Under the pieces are notes generated by a model. That model did no database searches and was not told the origin of the DNA. It worked only from the letters and a program-made list of their open reading frames with translations. Shown piece by piece: positions 7,972 to 15,249 of a stretch of DNA of 32,000 nucleotides (positions are counted from its first letter, which is position 1; every line of letters begins with the position of its first letter). The translations under genes and the position numbers were made by a program. This DNA comes from Dubosiella newyorkensis. Its GTDB lineage: Bacteria; Bacillota_I; Bacilli_A; Erysipelotrichales; Erysipelotrichaceae. Location: NCBI RefSeq assembly GCF_001945605.1, contig NZ_MPKA01000090.1:29323-61322 (forward strand). The letters are read 5' to 3'.

Positions 7972-9729
7972 ATGGCTTCAAAACATATTCAAGATAAGCT
8001 CGCGTTGCTTCCAGAATCGCCTGGTTGCTATATCATGAAAGATGAAAAAGGAAAGATTTTATATGTGGGGAAGGCGAAGGTGCTCAAAAATCGGGTCCGC
8101 TCTTATTTTTCTGGCGTCCACAACAATAAGACGACAAAGCTCGTCTCAAAGATACGCGATTTCGAATATATCGTGACCGGAAGCGAAAAAGAAGCGCTTC
8201 TTCTTGAAATCAACTTGATCAAAAAACATCGCCCTCCCTTCAACATCATGTTTATGGACGACAAGATGTATCCTTATATCGAAGTGACAGGCGACAACGA
8301 TTTTCTCGTGAGGATCTCAAGAAAACCGAATCATAAAAAATCACGATATTTTGGACCGTATCCAAACGCGACAAGCGCCTATGAAATGGTCAAGCTCGTC
8401 AATCAGATCTTTCCGATCCGGAAATGTTCCACCTTAAAAAAACAAGTGTGCCTGTATTATCATCTGCATCAATGCTTGGCTCCTTGTGTCAAGACGATCG
8501 ACCCCAAAGAAAATGAAGCGATCAGAGCGCAAGTGATCAAGTTTTTGAAAGGCGATATGGATGATGTGATCCAAAAACTGCAAAGACGGATGGAAAAGGC
8601 GGCCGAGGATCTGCAATTCGAAAAAGCTAAAGAGCTGCGCGATCAGATCCAGAATATATTGCATATCAAAGAGAAGCAGTCGATCGATTTTTCAGATACG
8701 CTTTCCCGCGATGTTTTCGGTTACTATGAAGATAAAGGATATGTCAGCTTTTATGGTTTTTTTATCCGGGATGGAAAGCTGCTTGAAAGAACACTTTCGA
8801 TCACCCCGATCTATGAAGAGGTCCAAGACGCGTTCACTTCCTTTATCGTTCAATATTATCAAACGAATACGAAGCCAAAAGAGATCTTGGTTCCTAAAGA
8901 AACGAATGTCGAAGCGTTAGAAGAAGCGCTGGATGTAAAAGTGAGGATCCCAGAACGCGGAGAAAAGAAAAAGCTCGTCGATCTCGTGATCAAAAACGCC
9001 AAAGAGGCGCATGATCAAAAATTCCAGCTCATCTATAAAAAAGATCAAGAGCTCGCTATGGCGATGCAGCATCTTTCTCGGATCTTAAAAACCCCGATCC
9101 ATACGATCGAGATCTTTGACAACTCGCACATTCAAGGCGCTTTCAACGTTTCTGGACTCGTTGTATTTGAAGATGGAAAGCCGAACAAATCCCAATATCG
9201 TCATTATCAGCTCGATGAGTATCGGTCAGACACCGACAGTATGAAGGAAGTCGTCTATCGCCGGTATTTCCGTTTGCTCAAAGAGAAAAAGCCAATGCCC
9301 GATTTGTTAGTGGTCGATGGAGGGAAAGGGCAGATCCATGCCGCTCAAGAGATCCGTGATTCCCTACATCTTCCTTTTCCAATCGTCGGTCTGGTCAAAG
9401 ACGAGAAGCACAGCACAAGAGCGCTCATGCTAGAAAATCTTGAAGAGGTGCCTCTTTCGAAAGAGGATCCCTTATTTTTCTTGTTGACAAGGATGCAGGA
9501 TGAAGTGCATCGGTTCGCGATCGAATACCATCGCAAGCTTCGGGACAAGTCGATGACAAAATCGATCTTAGATGAGATCCCTGGTATCGGTCCTGCGCGT
9601 AAAAAAGAGCTGCTCAAAACGTTTAAAAGTATGAAGCGGCTCAAAAGCGCGAGTATCGAGGAACTCGAGCAAGTCGTTCCAAAAGAGATCGCCAAGAGAG
9701 TCCATGCTTCCTTGAATCCCGCGGAGTAG
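7972..9729 (+). CDS. uvrC: Excinuclease ABC subunit C
   Basis: The GIY-YIG N-terminus is PGCYIMKDEKGKILYVGKAKVLKNRVRSYF. A UVR domain (QFEKAKELRDQI), an RNase H-like endonuclease domain and a C-terminal (HhH)2 (IPGIGPARKKELL) follow. Length is 585 aa. Confidence 0.95.
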   Translation: MASKHIQDKLALLPESPGCYIMKDEKGKILYVGKAKVLKNRVRSYFSGVHNNKTTKLVSKIRDFEYIVTGSEKEALLLEINLIKKHRPPFNIMFMDDKMYPYIEVTGDNDFLVRISRKPNHKKSRYFGPYPNATSAYEMVKLVNQIFPIRKCSTLKKQVCLYYHLHQCLAPCVKTIDPKENEAIRAQVIKFLKGDMDDVIQKLQRRMEKAAEDLQFEKAKELRDQIQNILHIKEKQSIDFSDTLSRDVFGYYEDKGYVSFYGFFIRDGKLLERTLSITPIYEEVQDAFTSFIVQYYQTNTKPKEILVPKETNVEALEEALDVKVRIPERGEKKKLVDLVIKNAKEAHDQKFQLIYKKDQELAMAMQHLSRILKTPIHTIEIFDNSHIQGAFNVSGLVVFEDGKPNKSQYRHYQLDEYRSDTDSMKEVVYRRYFRLLKEKKPMPDLLVVDGGKGQIHAAQEIRDSLHLPFPIVGLVKDEKHSTRALMLENLEEVPLSKEDPLFFLLTRMQDEVHRFAIEYHRKLRDKSMTKSILDEIPGIGPARKKELLKTFKSMKRLKSASIEELEQVVPKEIAKRVHASLNPAE

Positions 9730-9746
9730 ATGGATATAATTTTTTT

Positions 9747-10790
9747 ATGCAAGATAAAAAAGTATTGATGATCCGGATCTTATTGATCGTCTTTTGCGCC
9801 GTGATCGCTTTGACATGTCTTCAAAAGATCCATGAAACTTACGATCCTTTGGCCCGTTATCCTTATGCTACCGAAGAGAATCGGAAAACGATCTTAGAGC
9901 ATCTCGATCAAAAAGGTGTGGATTATATTATTACGCAGCAGATCAAACCGAATCAATTTCTTGATTTCATTGATGAACCTGAATTTTCAATCTATAATAC
10001 ATTGTATTATGCGCAAGCAAAAAAGATCCAAGACGCCCCTAATGCGTTCATCATCAACTTTGTCAACAAGTATCGAAGCCATTTCAATTTGGATACATTG
10101 AAGACATTGCTCAAACACTATTCCTACACGGATCTGACTTCTTTTTATGAAAATGAGCAAGTGCTTCACGAAAATATCCAGCTGGTCGCAGATCCTTCCT
10201 ATCCATATCTCGTTCTTGATCAAGATCGATCGGTCTATCGATATGTGCCATCGGAACTTGTAGAACAAGAGGGAGTTTCAATCAAGCAAACGATGCAGAA
10301 AAACCTAGAAGCGATGTGTTCGGACTATGAAAAGCTAAAAAATCAAGAAGATCATTTAAAGGTGATCGAAGGGTATACGAGCTATGAACAAGTTTTGGAG
10401 GCATATTATACATATTCCTCGCAGCTTGGAGACTACATTGACCGATTCATTTATTCAGCCGGTGAAAATGAAATGCAGCTAGGATATTCGATCCGATTGG
10501 AACCTTCGATCAAGTGGAACGCGACGATGATCGAACAAAAGCTGTTTTTGGATAATGACTACGCCAAAGCCCAAGAACAACTAGACGACAACGAGATCGA
10601 TCAGCTCAACTGGCTCAAAAGCAATGCCTGGCGTTATGGATTCATCATCCGCTATCCAGAAGGCAAAGAAGAGCTTACGGGGCATTGGTATCAACCTTTT
10701 TTGTTGCGGTATGTAGGCAAGGAAAATGCCAAGATCATGTTTGAGGAAGGGCAAGTCATGGAGACGATGAAGTTTAGTGAGGAAAATTAA
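9747..10790 (+). CDS. Membrane-anchored VanY/M15B D,D-carboxypeptidase-like protein, apparently catalytically degenerate
   Basis: An N-terminal TM anchor (IRILLIVFCAVIALTCL) is present. The C-terminal region keeps the VanY scaffold (YVPSELV, EGYTSYEQ, NAWRYGFIIRYPEGKEELTG, LRYVG). The SxHxxGxAxD and ExxH motifs read NEMQLGYSIR and QPFL. No obvious Shine-Dalgarno sequence. Confidence 0.75.
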   Translation: MQDKKVLMIRILLIVFCAVIALTCLQKIHETYDPLARYPYATEENRKTILEHLDQKGVDYIITQQIKPNQFLDFIDEPEFSIYNTLYYAQAKKIQDAPNAFIINFVNKYRSHFNLDTLKTLLKHYSYTDLTSFYENEQVLHENIQLVADPSYPYLVLDQDRSVYRYVPSELVEQEGVSIKQTMQKNLEAMCSDYEKLKNQEDHLKVIEGYTSYEQVLEAYYTYSSQLGDYIDRFIYSAGENEMQLGYSIRLEPSIKWNATMIEQKLFLDNDYAKAQEQLDDNEIDQLNWLKSNAWRYGFIIRYPEGKEELTGHWYQPFLLRYVGKENAKIMFEEGQVMETMKFSEEN

Positions 10791-10791
10791 A

Positions 10792-11280
10792 ATGGATAAA
10801 AAGCGGTATAAAGTAGTCGTTGTTTCAGATTCGCATGGATTGTCAGGCTTATTGGATCAAATCGTAAAGGACAATCCCGATGCCGATCTATTCATTCATT
10901 GCGGCGATCTTGAAGACAATCCACTCGACTTTAATCGATGGCTGTTTGTCCGGGGCAACAATGATTTCTTCCCGGGAGATACGATGCCTATGGAGAGGAC
11001 GATCAAAGTTGGCGAGCATAGGATTTATGTCGCGCATTCCCATCGGGTCTCGTTTGTGAATCGGGAAGAGCAGCTTGTAAGGATCGCCCGCAGCTATGGA
11101 TGCGATATTGTATGTTTTGGCCACACGCATTGTTCAATGATCAAACGAATGCACGATGTCCTTCTAGTTAATCCAGGCTCGCTTTGGTCTAGCCGGGATG
11201 GAAAAGAGCCGAGCTATGCGATCTTGTATTTGGAAGGAATGCAAGTGGAAGCCGAATTGCGATTTGAAAGCGAATGGTAG
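10792..11280 (+). CDS. YfcE/MJ0936-family metallophosphoesterase
   Basis: Motifs VVSDSHG, HCGDL, RGNNDF, AHSH and GHTH appear in canonical order. RBS GAGGA lies 8 nt before ATG 10792, preferred over the GTG at 10777. Confidence 0.85.
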   Translation: MDKKRYKVVVVSDSHGLSGLLDQIVKDNPDADLFIHCGDLEDNPLDFNRWLFVRGNNDFFPGDTMPMERTIKVGEHRIYVAHSHRVSFVNREEQLVRIARSYGCDIVCFGHTHCSMIKRMHDVLLVNPGSLWSSRDGKEPSYAILYLEGMQVEAELRFESEW

Positions 11281-11286
11281 AAAGCT

Positions 11287-11320
11287 AAAATGTCGAGGGA
11301 GTATCCCTCGACATTTTGTT
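11287..11320. terminator. Bidirectional terminator between convergent genes
   Basis: AAAATGTCGAGGGA-gtat-CCCTCGACATTTTGTTTT. Confidence 0.8.
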
Positions 11321-12082
11321 TTATAATTTCTCGAATTTGGCAAAGATCTCTTTGTCGCCTAAAGAGCGCTCCCGAATCTCGGACAATGGATTTCCTCGAG
11401 GATCGAACCATCCTACAAAGCGATAGCCTTTTTTGCGGGCAGGAAGCAGCATGTGCGTCTCGTCAAAGTATGTATACGTTTTTGGGTTTTTTCTAGAGGC
11501 GATCCCGCCATCTAGATGATACTGGATATGAAAACGTTCGATTTCCCATTTCGCATATAAAGTGATATTTTCCTTAAGCGGAAGATCGAAATGAAATGGA
11601 ATGATCCGTTTTGGATCCAAATACCAACCTTTAAAACGATAACCTAATCGCCTAGGATCGCGAAATGGCTCTAAGAAACCAAACTCATTGGTGGATTTTG
11701 GCTGGATCTTGCCGCCGCCATCCGTATCGAAAGCGATTGTGGTCAATTCTTTGAACTCCGCCTTTAAAGTGATCGGTTCTGTGATCTGAACAGGCAAGAA
11801 TTCAATGAGATCGCCCTGATAGGACCAGCCGACGAACTGTCGATTCTTTTTGTAAGCGGGGAAAAGCTTGATCAAACCAGATTCGACAGTCACACGACGA
11901 GGGTTGCGTCTTGAATTGATTCCTCCGTTGCAATCGTATGTGATCGAATAGACTTCAGGGACCCATCGATCATAGAGAGTCACGGTATGAGGAAGCACCC
12001 CGCCAGGATTGATTCGTTTCGTGAATTCAGGATCGATATACCAGCCGACAAATCGATAGCCTTTTCTCGTAATGTTGTTCAT
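11321..12082 (-). CDS. Stand-alone Listeria-Bacteroides (Flg_new / InlB B-repeat type) repeat protein with no signal peptide
   Basis: About 3.5 repeats of about 70 aa each end in GYxFxGW...(L/I)YAKW-like strands: GYRFVGWY, RQFVGWSY, GYRFKGWY, GYRFVGWF. RBS AAGGTG lies 8 nt before ATG at 12080-12082 (the ORF track starts at the GTG inside that RBS, 12094). GATC-rich codon usage matches the native genes. Confidence 0.75.
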   Translation of the reverse strand: MNNITRKGYRFVGWYIDPEFTKRINPGGVLPHTVTLYDRWVPEVYSITYDCNGGINSRRNPRRVTVESGLIKLFPAYKKNRQFVGWSYQGDLIEFLPVQITEPITLKAEFKELTTIAFDTDGGGKIQPKSTNEFGFLEPFRDPRRLGYRFKGWYLDPKRIIPFHFDLPLKENITLYAKWEIERFHIQYHLDGGIASRKNPKTYTYFDETHMLLPARKKGYRFVGWFDPRGNPLSEIRERSLGDKEIFAKFEKL

Positions 12083-12139
12083 CGTTTTATTCACCTTTTA
12101 TCGTTTTATTATACCGCTTTTTTTAAGAAATTTTCTGTC

Positions 12140-12167
12140 TTGAAATCTATCCGATATTTGTTATAAT
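12140..12167 (+). promoter_or_regulatory. Sigma-A type promoter for tRNA-Arg
   Basis: TTGAAA (12140-12145), a 16-nt spacer containing TG (12159-12160), then TATAAT (12162-12167). The tRNA 5' end lies 10 nt downstream. Confidence 0.7.
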
Positions 12168-12176
12168 GAATGTGTT

Positions 12177-12253
12177 GTCTACGTAGCTCAGTTGGATAGA
12201 GCATGCGCCTTCTAAGCGCACGGTCGGGGGTTCGAATCCCTCCGTGGACGCCA
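12177..12253 (+). tRNA. tRNA-Arg (anticodon TCT), with encoded CCA
   Basis: Acceptor stem GTCTACG/CGTGGAC with one G-U pair. D-arm is AGCTCAGTTGGATAGAGC. The anticodon stem TGCGC/GCGCA encloses loop CTTCTAA. T-arm is GGGGGTTCGAATCCCTC. Discriminator G is followed by CCA. Confidence 0.9.
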
Positions 12254-12267
12254 TTTTTTTTTGAAAT

Positions 12268-12299
12268 AAAATCTCTCATCAAACGATGAGAGATTTTTT
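12268..12299. terminator. Bidirectional terminator for tRNA-Arg (+) and the TPM-LemA-TPM operon (-)
   Basis: AAAATCTCTCATC-aaac-GATGAGAGATTTTTT. Confidence 0.85.
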
Positions 12300-12301
12300 A
12301 T

Positions 12302-13333
12302 TTACCAGCTGCCGCCAGATCCACCACCATTGAAGCTTCCGCCTCCTCCAGAGAATCCGGATCCGCTAGAAAAACCGCCACCAGAATCAAAATCGGAACC
12401 GCTTGAGCCTGTGTTCGAATTGATGATCATAGCAGTTTTGAAGAGCTGTTCCATATATTTTTCATTTTCATCTTGAGTTTTCGCTTGTTTTTTCACACTT
12501 ACATATATGTACCGGTTCGTTCGATCGTGATTGATACAGGTGATCTTGACTTGGCCAAGCGCCTTTGCTTTGATCAAACCTGTCTTGCTCACGGAAGCGA
12601 TCTCAGGATCGGAACTAATGCATACGACATTCGGATCTTCGAAATCCCATCCGGCATGTTTGAGCTGAAACATATCGCCGACTTCTAGAACGATCCGCTT
12701 CTTGAAGACTGTATAAAAAACAAAGCCAAGAATACCGAATACGAACACGAAGATGAAAAGCACGATCCCAAGGATCCACCAGATTTCTTGCTCTTTTTCT
12801 TTTTGATACGCTTCTAGTTCTCCTTGATCGACTCCGTATTGGATCGCGTCCATGATCCCGTAATACAAATCGCTTAAGCCTTTTTCATAATCGCCATCTT
12901 GAAAGGCGGGAACAAGATACTTTTCCTGCAAATGCTCGGTGACGATATCGCTAAGCGTTCCTTGAATTCCGCTTCCCGTCGCGACAAACCGCTGCTTGTC
13001 TTCCATCGAGACAAGGATCACGACCCCGTTGTCTAGATCTTTATTCCCAATACCTGCTTCATTGCCTGAATCGGCCGCGACTTTCATTGGATCTTTTCCA
13101 TCTAAAGAATCGGTGGTGATGATTACGATTTGAGAGCCTGTTTTCTCTTCGAACTCTTTGCCTGCTTGATTGAGCTCGTCCTCTTTTTCGCTCGATAGGA
13201 TCCCTGCATAATCGTTGACATAATTGTGGATTGGGATCGCCTCGCTTTGAGCATAGATCGAACAAGAAAAGATAGAAAGAAGGAGTCCAATGCACATTGA
13301 ACTCCATAGACATTTTTTAAATATCGCAGCCAT
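12302..13333 (-). CDS. TPM-domain (YgcG/TLP18.3-like) membrane protein with post-TM Ig-like segment and Gly-rich tail
   Basis: It has a signal peptide, then a TPM signature (YVNDYAGILS...TGSQIVIITTDSL...NGVVILVSMEDKQRFVATGSGIQ...VPAFQDGDYEKG). A TM helix (IWWILGIVLFIFVFVFGILGFVFYTVF) is followed by KKR. A Big_2-like segment and the tail ...GGGGSFNGGGSGGSW follow. The start overlaps the lemA stop (TAATG). Confidence 0.8.
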   Translation of the reverse strand: MAAIFKKCLWSSMCIGLLLSIFSCSIYAQSEAIPIHNYVNDYAGILSSEKEDELNQAGKEFEEKTGSQIVIITTDSLDGKDPMKVAADSGNEAGIGNKDLDNGVVILVSMEDKQRFVATGSGIQGTLSDIVTEHLQEKYLVPAFQDGDYEKGLSDLYYGIMDAIQYGVDQGELEAYQKEKEQEIWWILGIVLFIFVFVFGILGFVFYTVFKKRIVLEVGDMFQLKHAGWDFEDPNVVCISSDPEIASVSKTGLIKAKALGQVKITCINHDRTNRYIYVSVKKQAKTQDENEKYMEQLFKTAMIINSNTGSSGSDFDSGGGFSSGSGFSGGGGSFNGGGSGGSW

Positions 13334-13953
13334 TAGTCAAATTTCACGACTGGCGCGTTTTGAGCCGCCGAAGACGCCTCGAATTTTTCTTTTGGACTAA
13401 AGCCAAAAAGCGAAGCGGCAATATTGTGTGGGAAAGATCGAATGTAGACATTGTAGGCTTGCACATCTTCGTTGTAGTTGTCGCGAGCGTACGAAATGCG
13501 GTTTTCGATTCCTTCGACACTAGTCATGAAATCCTTCATCAAATCGCTTGATTTGAGTTCAGGATACGCTTCTTGCGCGATATTGATATCCCGGATCATC
13601 TGGGAACTGGCTGCGTCGGCGTTTTCTAGTTCTTTGATCGATGCGTTTTTATCGATCGTCAATTTGCCATCGGCATCCATATTGATTCCTGGGGTATTGC
13701 TTCTAAGAGCGGCGATATCTTTATAAATATCATCTTCTTGGTTCATGGAACCTTGTACGGCAGGCATCAATTCATTGATCTTGTCAAGCCGTGACTGCAG
13801 TTGGGTTTGAATGTTCGCTTGGGCTGTACTAACTTGTTCATCATAACCGACCATCGTATTGTATGGGCCAATGACAGCCACACCGCCGATGAGAACGATC
13901 ACGAGAACAGCGATCAGAGCGATCGCCCAACCTGGAAATTTTTTACGAGTCAT
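13333..13953 (-). CDS. lemA: LemA family protein
   Basis: An N-terminal TM anchor is followed by LemA motifs: YNTMVGYDEQV, IQTQLQSRLDKI, EAYPELKSS, ENRISYARDNYNEDVQAYNVYIRSFPHNIAASLFGF. RBS is AAAAGGAGAA. Confidence 0.9.
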   Translation of the reverse strand: MTRKKFPGWAIALIAVLVIVLIGGVAVIGPYNTMVGYDEQVSTAQANIQTQLQSRLDKINELMPAVQGSMNQEDDIYKDIAALRSNTPGINMDADGKLTIDKNASIKELENADAASSQMIRDINIAQEAYPELKSSDLMKDFMTSVEGIENRISYARDNYNEDVQAYNVYIRSFPHNIAASLFGFSPKEKFEASSAAQNAPVVKFD

Positions 13954-13993
13954 AAATTCTCCTTTTCAAATTCTTTTTTTTCTGTCTTGTTTT

Positions 13994-15058
13994 TTACCAG
14001 CTTCCGCCAGAGCCTCCACCTCGAAAGCCTCCGCCTCCGCCGCTGAATCCGCCACCAGAACCGAATCCGCCACCAGAACCGAATCCGCCAAATCCCCCAT
14101 AGCGATTAGAACGTCTAGAGGCTCGGCCAAGTATATTGCCTAAAATAAAGGCGTCGAGCGCGTCGTCCTCTCTTCTTCCGCCTGAATGAGAGCGATAGAT
14201 GACTTGTACCTGGATCTTGGTGCTTTCTCCATCCAGCTTTTGCAATGTGATGATCGTATAGCCTTTGGAGAGGGCGTGGATGATTCCATCTGGACGAATC
14301 GATGCGACATTTGGGTCGGAGCTGCTCACGATGATCGATCCAGAATCAAAATCATAGCCTGGGGTCGTTAAACGATACTTTTGACCAACATAAAGCGTCA
14401 AAGCCGACCCTTTTTTCGAAGAGCCTCTTGTTAAGAAAACGATTCCGATCAAAAGCACGAAAACGATAGGAATCAAGCTCGAGAGCGAAAACGAATCGCT
14501 TTGTCTTTCTGGAGTCCTGTTTTCAGGCGCTTCGATCCCTTCGCTAGAAAGATCGACGCCATAATCGTTGGCGATATGCTGGAGCGTCGCCTTGTATAGA
14601 TCGACAAGACCTTGTTGATAGTTGCCTTGACGAAAGGCGGGGACGAGATATTCTTGCTGCAGATGCTCGCAGTCGATATCCGTAAGATCGCCTTCCAATC
14701 CGCTTCCTACAGCCATAAAACGCTGTTTGTCATCGATGCTGACTAAGATCAAGACACCATTGTCTTTATCTTTGCTCCCGATCTGCGCCTCATTGGCTGT
14801 ATCCGTCGCTACTTGCATCGCATCTTTACCATTAAGCGAATCGGTCGTGACGATCACGGCTTGCACCCCTGTTTTCTCATAAAACGCGCGACCGATCCTG
14901 TCGAGTTCTTCAACGGAAGAAGGATCCATCACATCCGCGTAATCGTTGACATAATCATGAATCGGTAAAGCGAGCTCGTTGCGCGCATACGCTGGTATGG
15001 TTAATAATACAGGAAAGATCAGAATAAGAAAGAGAAATCTTAAGCTTTTTTTGAGCAT
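13994..15058 (-). CDS. TPM-domain (YgcG/TLP18.3-like) membrane protein, paralogue of 12302-13333
   Basis: The architecture matches the paralogue: signal peptide, TPM domain (YVNDYADVMD...TGVQAVIVTTDSL...NGVLILVSIDDKQRFMAVGSGLE...VPAFRQGNYQQG), TM helix (LIPIVFVLLIGIVFL), Big_2-like segment, and the tail ...GGGGFRGGGSGGSW. Confidence 0.8.
   Translation of the reverse strand: MLKKSLRFLFLILIFPVLLTIPAYARNELALPIHDYVNDYADVMDPSSVEELDRIGRAFYEKTGVQAVIVTTDSLNGKDAMQVATDTANEAQIGSKDKDNGVLILVSIDDKQRFMAVGSGLEGDLTDIDCEHLQQEYLVPAFRQGNYQQGLVDLYKATLQHIANDYGVDLSSEGIEAPENRTPERQSDSFSLSSLIPIVFVLLIGIVFLTRGSSKKGSALTLYVGQKYRLTTPGYDFDSGSIIVSSSDPNVASIRPDGIIHALSKGYTIITLQKLDGESTKIQVQVIYRSHSGGRREDDALDAFILGNILGRASRRSNRYGGFGGFGSGGGFGSGGGFSGGGGGFRGGGSGGSW
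14045..14090. repeat. 18-bp tandem repeat (2 perfect copies plus a 10-nt partial copy) inside the Gly-rich tail coding region
   Basis: GAATCCGCCACCAGAACC occurs at 14045-14062 and again at 14063-14080, then GAATCCGCCA at 14081-14090. On the minus strand it encodes reiterated GSGGGF units. Confidence 0.9.
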
Positions 15059-15079
15059 AATTTTTTCCTTTCCAGTGCA

Positions 15080-15105
15080 ATTATAGCATTTCCTAGGCGG
15101 TTCAA
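15080..15105 (-). promoter_or_regulatory. Candidate extended -10 promoter of the TPM-LemA-TPM operon
   Basis: The minus strand reads TTGAAC (15105-15100), 14 nt, then TGC-TATAAT (15088-15080). The -35 spacing is non-canonical, so the call rests on the TGnTATAAT element. Confidence 0.4.
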
Positions 15106-15196
15106 CGATATAGAAACTCTAAAATTCGTGGAAAAAACCACTCAATTTTCTCTAACAATAAGGGAAGCTATGGTATAGTAATAAGAGTAGAACGAA

Positions 15197-15225
15197 TTGC
15201 TAGTTAGCAATCGCTATGCTATAAT
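15197..15225 (+). promoter_or_regulatory. Sigma-A promoter upstream of the hypothetical gene and tig
   Basis: TTGCTA (15197-15202), a 17-nt spacer ending in TGC, then TATAAT (15220-15225). The -35 element lies inside the perfect inverted repeat ATTGCTA-gt-TAGCAAT (15196-15211). Confidence 0.65.
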
Positions 15226-15249
15226 GCTAAAAGTCGCAAGGAGGTAAGA

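Noticed and set aside
7925-8036. 37-codon TTG-initiated upstream ORF with an AGGAAAAGG-like RBS, overlapping the uvrC start in another frame
   Set aside because: It could in principle deliver ribosomes to the SD-less uvrC start. However, it ends about 60 nt after the uvrC ATG, so termination-reinitiation coupling does not fit. There is no supporting evidence.
13859-14143. 94-aa plus-strand ORF with repeated SATRTE units
   Set aside because: It is antisense to the Gly-rich tail of the TPM gene. Its repeat is the reverse-complement reading of the 18-bp tandem repeat.
15196-15211. CIRCE or CtsR operator upstream of the tig-containing operon
   Set aside because: The dyad ATTGCTA-N2-TAGCAAT matches neither CIRCE (9-nt arms, 9-nt spacer) nor the CtsR heptad direct repeat.
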